From Armatimonadota bacterium (GTDB lineage: Bacteria; Armatimonadota; Zipacnadia; Zipacnadales; UBA5352), in contig JAYENL010000041.1 of the NCBI GenBank assembly GCA_034722055.1, forward strand, positions 1 to 14,126: 14,126 nucleotides of DNA. The letters run 5' to 3'. Each line of letters starts with the position of its first letter. Within the stretch, counting starts at the first letter, position 1. The translations under genes and the position numbers were made by a program. The notes under the pieces were generated by a model. That model searched no databases. It saw only the letters and a list, made by a program, of their open reading frames with translations, and had not been told where the DNA came from. Positions 1-6,577 of the stretch are shown here, piece by piece.

Positions 1-251
1 TTCCGGGTGGTTGTGGGGTGGGGGCTGTCTGAGGCTCCTGGTGGTTGGGGGGCGCGGACCCCGGCCCGGCCGTTCCGTTCGGAGCAGCGCCTCGCGACGC
101 TGTCTCGTGGCGTCGCGGGCCGGCTTCGTCGCGCATAAAGGGCATGCGCTCCTCAGGCGGCCTCTCCGCGGGCATCGGCGGCGTGAGTACAGAGAACAGG
201 CACATGAATCTGGATGCTGCCCGACCCCTTCTCAACTCGGGCAGGCGGGGC

Positions 252-280
252 TTGACAACGCCGCCCGCCCCGTCTATACT
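252..280 (+). promoter_or_regulatory. sigma70/sigmaA-type promoter of the T-box-leuA transcript
   Basis: TTGACA (252-257), 17-bp spacer, TATACT (275-280), about 40 nt upstream of T-box Stem I. Confidence 0.9.
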
Positions 281-320
281 GAGCTCACAATCGGTCGCAA
301 GGCACGAATGTGCGACAAGA

Positions 321-675
321 GGCTGTGAAGGGGAGTAGTACGCGGCTACGCGGATAACAGAGAGGTCGCCCCGCGGTCTGCCTTATATGGCGCGAGTCGG
401 GTTGCCGGCCCGGCGGCGAAGGCAGGCCCAGGCTGGGAGGCGACCTCCGCTAACCGCCGAACTGGCCCCGGAGTCGCGCTCTGAACGGCGAGCCCTGCTC
501 GCTCAGTAGGTGGCGCCGGAGTCCTCCACCGTTAGCAGGAGGGCGGCATCGCGACCACGGTCGCCGTGTCGGCAAAGCGGGCTGTCAGGACCACGGTGGT
601 CTGGCGCAGCCAAGAAGAGTGGTACCGCGGATCAGGCATCGAGCCTCCGTCTCTTTGCGAGATGGAGGCTTTTTT
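321..675 (+). promoter_or_regulatory. Leu-specific T-box riboswitch (transcription antitermination type)
   Basis: Stem I base GAAGGGGAGTAGTA (327-340) with GGGG pairing CCCC 466-469; AGAG bulge near 359-364; GGCTGGGA distal motif 431-438; specifier GAA-CTG-G (CTG = Leu, 462-464); Stem II with GAA...AGTAG S-turn; CCGTTA box; T-box AAGAG-TGGTACC-GCGGA (615-631) pairing with TCCGT-CTCTT (646-655). Sits upstream of leuA. Confidence 0.95.
642..675 (+). terminator. T-box leader intrinsic terminator
   Basis: Stem AGCCTCCGTCTC (642-653) / GAGATGGAGGCT (659-670), loop TTTGC, then a T run. It overlaps the 3' strand of the antiterminator. Confidence 0.92.
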
Positions 676-720
676 GGTTGCTGCTTTCGAGCATGAGTCC
701 AGTCGCGAGGAGGTGGCCGC

Positions 721-855
721 ATGGACGACGCTGATCTCGACCTGTCTCTGACACAGCGGGCTGGCGGCCCGGTGCCGGCCGCCTTCCCGCGACGTCCCGG
801 CACCGGCACGTCGATCACAGGCTCCGTCAGGAGGAGACACCAATGTCCCGCATGA
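721..855 (+). CDS. putative 44-aa small ORF (MDDADLDLSLTQRAGGPVPAAFPRRPGTGTSITGSVRRRHQCPA) overlapping the leuA start
   Basis: AGGAGGT SD (708-714) 6 nt before ATG 721; open frame to TGA 853-855. No recognisable homology. Confidence 0.3.
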   Translation: MDDADLDLSLTQRAGGPVPAAFPRRPGTGTSITGSVRRRHQCPA

Positions 856-2414
856 TAACGATCTTCGACACGACCCTGCGCGACGGCGAGCAGGCGCCGG
901 GTGCAAGCATGAACACCGGCGCCAAGCTGCAGCTCGCTCGCCAGCTCGCGCGCCTGAACGTGGACGTCATGGAGGCTGGCTTCCCCATCTCCTCGCCGGA
1001 GGACTTCGAGGCCGTCAGTGCCATCGCCCGAGAGGTGGAGGGGCCGACGATCGCCGGCCTCTCGCGCGCGCTGCCGCAGGACATCGAACGCTGCTGGGAG
1101 GCGGTCCAGCACGCCCGGAAGCCCCGCATTCACACCTTTATCGGCACCTCTAAGGTCCACGTCGAGAAGCGCTTCGGCAAGACGGAGGACGAGGTGCTGC
1201 AGATGGCCGTGGACGCGGTGGAGCTGGCCTGCAGCCTCTGCGACGACGTCGAGTTCTCCCCCGAGGACGCTCTGCGCACCCGGCTGGAGTACCTCCGGGA
1301 CGTGGTTGAGGCCACCATCGAGGCCGGGGCGGGGACCGTCAACATCCCCGACACGGTGGGCTACGCCACGCCCTCGCAGATGTACGAGACCATCCGCTAC
1401 CTGTTCGAGAACGTGCCCAACATCGAGGATACGGTCATCTCCGTGCACTGCCACGACGACCTGGGGATGTCGGTGGCCAACTCGCTGTCCGCGGTCCGGG
1501 CCGGCGCCGGGCAGGTGGAGTGCACCGTCAACGGCATCGGCGAGCGCGCCGGTAACGCCTCCCTCGAGGAGATCGTCATGGCCCTGCGCACCCGAACCGA
1601 CGAGTTCCACGCCGACACCAACATCAACACCCGGGAGATCATCAACACCTCCCGCATGGTCTCCACGCTCACCGGCTTCGTGGTGCAGCCGAACAAGGCC
1701 ATCGTGGGCGCGAACGCCTTCGCCCACGAGGCCGGCATTCACCAGCATGGGATGATCCAGGACCGGCAGACCTACGAGATCATGCGCCCCGAGGACGTCG
1801 GGCTCACCGAGTCCATGTTTACGCTCGGACCGCGCTCGGGCAAGCACGGGCTGCGCAGCCGACTCGAGAAGCTCGGCTATGCCATCGCCGATGAGGACAT
1901 GGAGGAGATCTACGAGCGCTTCCTCTCGGTGGCTGACCGCAAGAAGCGCGTTTATGACGAGGACCTGCACGTGATCATGCGCCAGGCCTCCGCGGACACG
2001 ACGGCCGACGTCTGGCACCTCGAGCGCGTCCAGGTGACGACCGGGACATCGCTGACGCCCATGGGCCTGGTCGTGCTGCGCCGCAACAGCGAGACGGTGA
2101 CGATGGTCGGCCACGGGAACGGGCCGGTGGACGCTGTCTACGACGCCATCGGCAAGATCGTGCAGATGGACGGGCTGGAGACGGCTGACTACGCCGTGCG
2201 GGGCATCACCCGCGGGCAGGACGCGCTGGGGGAGGCGACCGTCCGGGTGCGCTGGCATGATGAGGAGGCGGTCGGTCAGGCCGCGAGCCTCGACGTGATC
2301 GAGGCCAGCGCGCAGGCCTTCCTGGACGCGGTCAACTCGCTGCTGCTCCGCCGGCAGGCCCGCGAGGATCAGGGCGGCGGGGATGAGGACCGGCCTGATT
2401 CGCACGTTCCGTAG
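843..2414 (+). CDS. leuA: 2-isopropylmalate synthase
   Basis: DTTLRDGEQ, EAGFP, NIPDTVG, HCHDDLG, NGIGERAGN, NKAIVGANAFAHEAGIHQ and C-terminal regulatory domain (GNGPVDA, GQDALG). SD AGGAGG; Leu T-box upstream. Confidence 0.97.
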   Translation: MSRMITIFDTTLRDGEQAPGASMNTGAKLQLARQLARLNVDVMEAGFPISSPEDFEAVSAIAREVEGPTIAGLSRALPQDIERCWEAVQHARKPRIHTFIGTSKVHVEKRFGKTEDEVLQMAVDAVELACSLCDDVEFSPEDALRTRLEYLRDVVEATIEAGAGTVNIPDTVGYATPSQMYETIRYLFENVPNIEDTVISVHCHDDLGMSVANSLSAVRAGAGQVECTVNGIGERAGNASLEEIVMALRTRTDEFHADTNINTREIINTSRMVSTLTGFVVQPNKAIVGANAFAHEAGIHQHGMIQDRQTYEIMRPEDVGLTESMFTLGPRSGKHGLRSRLEKLGYAIADEDMEEIYERFLSVADRKKRVYDEDLHVIMRQASADTTADVWHLERVQVTTGTSLTPMGLVVLRRNSETVTMVGHGNGPVDAVYDAIGKIVQMDGLETADYAVRGITRGQDALGEATVRVRWHDEEAVGQAASLDVIEASAQAFLDAVNSLLLRRQAREDQGGGDEDRPDSHVP

Positions 2415-2415
2415 G

Positions 2416-2492
2416 CGGCTGCCGGTTGTCGGCTGCCAGCTATCAGCGATCAGCAATCAGCAGTCAGCTACCAGCTAACAGCCGTCAGCAAG
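2416..2492. repeat. degenerate 7-bp tandem repeat, 11 units (CAGCnnn / CGGYTGY)
   Basis: cggctgc cggttgt cggctgc cagctat cagcgat cagcaat cagcagt cagctac cagctaa cagccgt cagcaag, starting just after the leuA stop. Confidence 0.85.
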
Positions 2493-2682
2493 GGCAACAG
2501 CGCCGAGGCGAGTCCTGAGGCAAGCGCGTCCCCGTACGCCGGGCTTTCGGCGGAGGGGCCGCCTGAGCGCGCCGCAAAGAGGCGATGGAAGTCGGCCCGG
2601 AGCCGCCGGTCGGAAACGGCGTCGGGGACGAACCTTACGCGGGAAGGCCCGCCGTTCCGGACGATATGGGGCCGACTTCGTC

Positions 2683-3042
2683 GGGCTTCACAGCCCTCCT
2701 TAGCGGGCGGGGCGCCCGCCTCCCATCATTGTGGAGCGGTTCGAGGGGGAGGACGATACGACAGACGTCGGACGGGTCTGAAGACCCGTCCCTCCGAACG
2801 TCGACGGGGGACGAGTTCTCAATGTCGTACGGAGGGGCGGGCTGCCTAGCCCGCCTGCCGTTCCCATGCCGTACGGAGCGGCGGGCTTCCTACGGGCGGG
2901 GAGGGAAGGCCGCCGCTCCTGGCCCGCCCGGTCGTTGACGCCGTTCCGTTTGGAGGGGCGGGCCTCCGTTCCCGCCCGGCAGTTGTCGTTCGTCGTCCGG
3001 GAGACGGCAAACGGCGCACGCACAGGAGTGTGCGTGCCACGG
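2683..3042. repeat. cluster of REP-like palindromes (GGAG- and GTGG-headed)
   Basis: Minus strand: GGAG-GGACGGGTCTTCAGACCCGTCC (2770-2795), GGAG-GCGGGCGCCCCGCCC (2705-2723), GGAG-GGCTGTGAAGCCC (2683-2699), GTGG-CACGCACACTCCTGTGCGTG (within 3011-3042). Plus strand: GGAG-GGGCGGGCTGCCTAGCCCGCC (2831-2855), GGAGCGGC...GCCGCTCC (from 2875), GGAG-GGGCGGGCCTCCGTTCCCGCCC (2952-2977). Confidence 0.7.
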
Positions 3043-3180
3043 GAACGGCGGCGATGGCGGCCGGTGCCGTTAGCGGTTGTTGTCATCGGCCCGGCGTTGG
3101 CCGCTGCGCTTCGCTCGCCTACGAGGCTTCGCCGCGTGAACTGCAGTCAGGGGCCGCTGAGAGCGTGCCACGTGCTGGCC

Positions 3181-3711
3181 TCAGTACTGTCCGGGAGTAT
3201 CGGCATCGGCTCGCGGAGGGTCCGAGTCGGCTTCAGCAATGATCCGACGCTCTTGTTCCGCGAGCACGTCGTCAGTGAGTCCATGATGTCGCAGCCAACT
3301 CTGTGTCAGCGCGCTGAATTCATCGTAAGTCTGCTGAAAGAGGTCACGGCACTCGCGGAGCTCACGGATCATCTTCTCACGCCCCCGGGGGCTCATGAAA
3401 TGTCCGGCTCTATCCCAGAAGTACCTGTGAGCGAGCCAATTGCGCTTCGTCAACGCTTCTTCGAGCTTGTTCGCCTGCGCCTCTGAGACATCCACCCCCT
3501 TGCGCAGCTTGCGCACAAGGGCGCCAAGTGTCCTTCCAAAGTGCTTGCTCATCAGCTCCTCAAGTTCGGCGGCAGAGGCGGGTCGGTCTGGACCCAGACC
3601 GACTGACAAAAAGACAGCCAGCGTTCTCTCAAGTACTTGCGCGCAGTACATTGCCAATCCAAAGTGAGCATAAACGTCAACGTCCTTGCAGTGCTCGTTG
3701 TTATCGTGCAA
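3181..3711 (-). CDS. HEPN-like helical protein with Rx4H motif, 176 aa (putative RNase/toxin)
   Basis: TTG start at 3711 with GGAGG 8 nt upstream. Protein MHDNNEHCKDVDVYAHFGLAMYCAQVLERTL...RTLGAL...EEALTKRNWLAHRYF; RNWLAH at 3427-3444. Many A/T-ending codons, unlike the flanking genes. Confidence 0.75.
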   Translation of the reverse strand: MHDNNEHCKDVDVYAHFGLAMYCAQVLERTLAVFLSVGLGPDRPASAAELEELMSKHFGRTLGALVRKLRKGVDVSEAQANKLEEALTKRNWLAHRYFWDRAGHFMSPRGREKMIRELRECRDLFQQTYDEFSALTQSWLRHHGLTDDVLAEQERRIIAEADSDPPRADADTPGQY

Positions 3712-3753
3712 GGGAGCCGCCTCCCGGGCTATCAAGTCGGTGTTTCCCAGGCC

Positions 3754-3762
3754 ATCATACCA
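3754..3762 (-). promoter_or_regulatory. extended -10 promoter (TGG-TATGAT) for the HEPN-like gene
   Basis: Minus strand reads TGGTATGAT about 40 nt upstream of the TTG start; no good -35. Confidence 0.5.
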
Positions 3763-3798
3763 CGTGCAAGCACCGAAACAGAAACAGGAGGAGGAGCC

Positions 3799-6138
3799 AT
3801 GGATGCAGCGACATTCGTTGACCGAGTTCGCGACCAGCAGTTCTTCACCGACCAGATCGCGCACGTGGAGGTGCTGCCGGCCCGGCCGCCGCAGTACGCC
3901 GACCTCGAGGACGGCCTGCATCCGGCGGTGGAGCGCGCCCTCGCCCATCAGGGCATCGAGCGCCTCTACACCCACCAGGCGGAGGCCATCGAGCACATCC
4001 GCGAGGGCCGGAACGTGGTCATCGTTACCGGCACCGCCTCCGGCAAGACCCTCTGCTACAACATTCCGGTGGTGGAGACGCTGCTGGCGGATTCGATGGC
4101 GACGGCGCTCTACATCTACCCCACCAAGGCCCTGGCGCAGGACCAGCTTCGGGGGCTGGGGATCCTGGAGACCGAGGAGATGGCCGAGTGGTTCATGGCG
4201 GGGACCTACGATGGGGACACGCCCGGCACCCTCCGCCGGCGCCTGCGCGACGGTGCCAATGTCATCCTCACCAACCCCCTCCACCAGGGCATCCTGCCCC
4301 ACCACGCCCGCTGGAACCGCTTCTTCACGCACCTGCAGTACGTGGTTATCGACGAGATACACGCCTATCGGGGCGTCTTCGGCTCCCATCTGGCGAATGT
4401 CATGCGCCGGCTCCACCGCATCTGCCGCCACTACGGCTCGCAGCCCCAGTTCGTGTGCTCGTCAGCGACGATCGGCAATCCCCGCCGGCACGCCGAGCGG
4501 GTCATGGGGGTGGAGATGGAGCTGGTGGACAGCGACGGCTCGCCGCGCGGCCCGCGGCGGTTTGTGATGTGGAATCCGCCGCCGCTGACCACGGCCGCCC
4601 GGGGCTCCGGGGAGAGCTGGCGGGTGGGCGGCGATCGCAGGTCGGCGCTGGGGCAGGGGGTGGACCTGATGACCGCCCTGATCCAGGAGGGCGTGCAGAC
4701 CATCGCCTTCGTGCGCACCAGGCTGGCCTCGGAGCTGCTCTTCAAGGGCGTGCGGGATCGCCTCAGGCCGGTCTCGCGGAAGCTCTCAGAGTCGGTGCAC
4801 GCCTACCGTGGCGGCTACCTGCCGGAGGAGAGGCGGGCTATCGAGAGGGCGCTGGTGGAGCGAGAGATCCTGGGGGTAGCGTCCACGAACGCGCTGGAGC
4901 TGGGGATCGACATCGGCTCCCTGGACGCCTGCATCCTGGTGGGATACCCCGGCACGGTGGCCAGCACCTGGCAGCAGGCGGGCAGGGCCGGCCGCGGCGA
5001 GGATGAGTCCCTGGTCTTCCTCGTCGGGCAGAACACGCCCATGGACCAGTATCTGATGGTGCACCACGACTACCTGTTCCACCAGACGCCCGAGGAGGCC
5101 GTGGTGGATCCCGACAACCCGCACATCACCATAGGGCATCTGCGCTGCGCCACCCACGAGCTTCCGCTGGGCGATGAGGAGGTGTCCGCCTTCGGCCCCT
5201 ACGCCGACGTCGTTCTGGAGCTGCTGGAGGAGGAGGGCTACGTCAGCCATCTCGAGGAGCACTGGTACTGGGCCAGCTCGGAGTATCCCGCCGCTGACGT
5301 GAACCTGCGCAACATCTCCGGGCCGGTCTACACCATTCAGGACGACCGCGAGGGTGAGCGCGTGATCGGCACCATCGACCAGTTCAGCGCCCTCACGCAG
5401 CTTCACGACCACGCGGTTTACATCCACGGTGCGGAGACGTACTTCGTAGAGGAGCTTGACCTCGACCAGAAGATCGTGCACGTGGACCGGCGCGACCTGG
5501 ACTACTACACGCAGTCGGTCCAGTCGTCACAGATCCGCATCGACGAGGTGGAGGAGGAGACCCAGTGGCTGGGGGCGACGGTGGGCTTCGGCGATGTCAC
5601 GGTGACCACAACCATCCCCATGTTCAAGAAGATCAAGTTCGCCACGCGGGACTCGCTGGGCTTCGAGCAGCTCGAGCTGCCACCCCAGGAGCTGGAGACG
5701 GTGGCCATGTGGTTCGTCCCGCCCGAGAGGATTGTGGGGGAGATGATGCGGGAGGGGATGATCGTGGGCGAGGCCCTCATCGGCATCGCCAACGTCTTCG
5801 TGGAGGTGGCACCGTTCTTCGTGATGTGCGACACGCAGGACATCGGGACCGTGGTGGATGCCTCGTGCCTGGGCCGCGACACGCTGTTCGTGCACGATCG
5901 CTACCCCGGCGGAATGGGCTTCGCGCATCGGTGCATGCAGCGAGTCGATGAGATCATGCCGACCATCCGGCGGGTTATCGAGGAGTGCGGGTGCGAGGAC
6001 GGCTGCCCATCATGCGTGGGGTCGGCGGTGCCGCCGTTCGCCGCGACGGACCTCGACAGTGCGGTGCGGGGGAGGATTCCGGACAAGGCCGCGGCGGCCT
6101 TTCTGCTGGGGAGGCTGCTGGCCGAGACGTCACAATGA
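3799..6138 (+). CDS. DEAH-box SF2 helicase with C-terminal DUF1998 Zn-binding domain (MrfA/YprA/SftH/Hrq1 family), 779 aa
   Basis: SD GGAGGAGGAG before ATG 3799. LYTHQAEA Q-motif, TGTASGKT, YPTKALAQDQ, DEIH, SAT, TNALELGIDIG, QQAGRAGR, DRYPGGMG, CGCEDGCPSC. Confidence 0.95.
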   Translation: MDAATFVDRVRDQQFFTDQIAHVEVLPARPPQYADLEDGLHPAVERALAHQGIERLYTHQAEAIEHIREGRNVVIVTGTASGKTLCYNIPVVETLLADSMATALYIYPTKALAQDQLRGLGILETEEMAEWFMAGTYDGDTPGTLRRRLRDGANVILTNPLHQGILPHHARWNRFFTHLQYVVIDEIHAYRGVFGSHLANVMRRLHRICRHYGSQPQFVCSSATIGNPRRHAERVMGVEMELVDSDGSPRGPRRFVMWNPPPLTTAARGSGESWRVGGDRRSALGQGVDLMTALIQEGVQTIAFVRTRLASELLFKGVRDRLRPVSRKLSESVHAYRGGYLPEERRAIERALVEREILGVASTNALELGIDIGSLDACILVGYPGTVASTWQQAGRAGRGEDESLVFLVGQNTPMDQYLMVHHDYLFHQTPEEAVVDPDNPHITIGHLRCATHELPLGDEEVSAFGPYADVVLELLEEEGYVSHLEEHWYWASSEYPAADVNLRNISGPVYTIQDDREGERVIGTIDQFSALTQLHDHAVYIHGAETYFVEELDLDQKIVHVDRRDLDYYTQSVQSSQIRIDEVEEETQWLGATVGFGDVTVTTTIPMFKKIKFATRDSLGFEQLELPPQELETVAMWFVPPERIVGEMMREGMIVGEALIGIANVFVEVAPFFVMCDTQDIGTVVDASCLGRDTLFVHDRYPGGMGFAHRCMQRVDEIMPTIRRVIEECGCEDGCPSCVGSAVPPFAATDLDSAVRGRIPDKAAAAFLLGRLLAETSQ

Positions 6139-6176
6139 AAAATGAGGCGAGGGAGCAGTCCCCTGCTCCCTCACCT
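6138..6176 (-). terminator. intrinsic terminator of the flp transcript
   Basis: Minus strand: AGGTGAGGGAGCAG-GGGA-CTGCTCCCTCGCCT followed by CATTTTT. The G-U wobble in the stem works only on the minus strand. Confidence 0.75.
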
Positions 6177-6292
6177 ACCGCCGGCTGGACGTCCTGCCTC
6201 AAAGCCGTTGGCCGTGAGACAGGAAAACCTTCGGCGGTCCGGCTCACGGCCGACCCACAATGCTGTGACGTCTCAGCCTGAGCATGCTGCGA

Positions 6293-6460
6293 TTAGCCGC
6301 CAGCGGTGCCCGCGATGGTATTCGCGGAGCTGTCCACTGTGTTCTCGACGGTGTTGCCCAGGCCCTGCCAGGCAGCGATGCCGGCCACGACGACCAGAGC
6401 CAGAAGCAGAGCATACTCCACGGTCGTCAGACCCTCTTCGTCCTTCCACAGCTCAAACAT
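6293..6460 (-). CDS. flp: Flp/Fap (type IVc, Tad) pilin, 55 aa
   Basis: Hand translation MFELWKDEEG|LTTVEYALLLALVVVAGIAAWQGLGNTVENTVDSSANTIAGTAGG*: G|xxxxEY Flp prepilin motif plus hydrophobic helix. SD AGGAGG at 6471-6476. Not in the ORF track. Confidence 0.93.
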   Translation of the reverse strand: MFELWKDEEGLTTVEYALLLALVVVAGIAAWQGLGNTVENTVDSSANTIAGTAGG

Positions 6461-6577
6461 CTCGCGTTCGCCTCCTCACTGGTGCGATGGCACTGGATTG
6501 GACCTCGGCTCTCACGTCCCCGGCGCTGTGCAGGACCCGGGATGTACTCCTGAGCGGAGCATCCTGTTCGCGCCGAT

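Noticed and set aside
585..2456. 623-aa minus-strand ORF
   Set aside because: Antisense shadow of the high-GC3 leuA frame; no motifs.
2416..3180. Possible CRISPR array or coding ORFs in the leuA-HEPN intergenic region
   Set aside because: Repeats are neither identical nor regularly spaced and no cas genes are present. The ORFs are low-complexity translations of palindromes.
3637..3798. Longer 833-aa start for the helicase
   Set aside because: It overlaps the divergent HEPN-like gene; a strong SD supports ATG 3799.
3712..4431. N-terminal extension of the 416-aa minus ORF (3181..4431)
   Set aside because: Mostly antisense to the helicase. The real gene appears to start at TTG 3711, where an SD and promoter lie.
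3799..6138. DISARM/Druantia assignment for the DUF1998 helicase
   Set aside because: Size, fused architecture and host-like codon usage fit the MrfA/YprA repair family; no methylase or other partner genes are present.
6181..6290. SRP RNA, 6S RNA or c-di-GMP riboswitch
   Set aside because: It lacks the SRP helix-8 consensus and the GEMM motifs, and it is too short for a typical 6S RNA.
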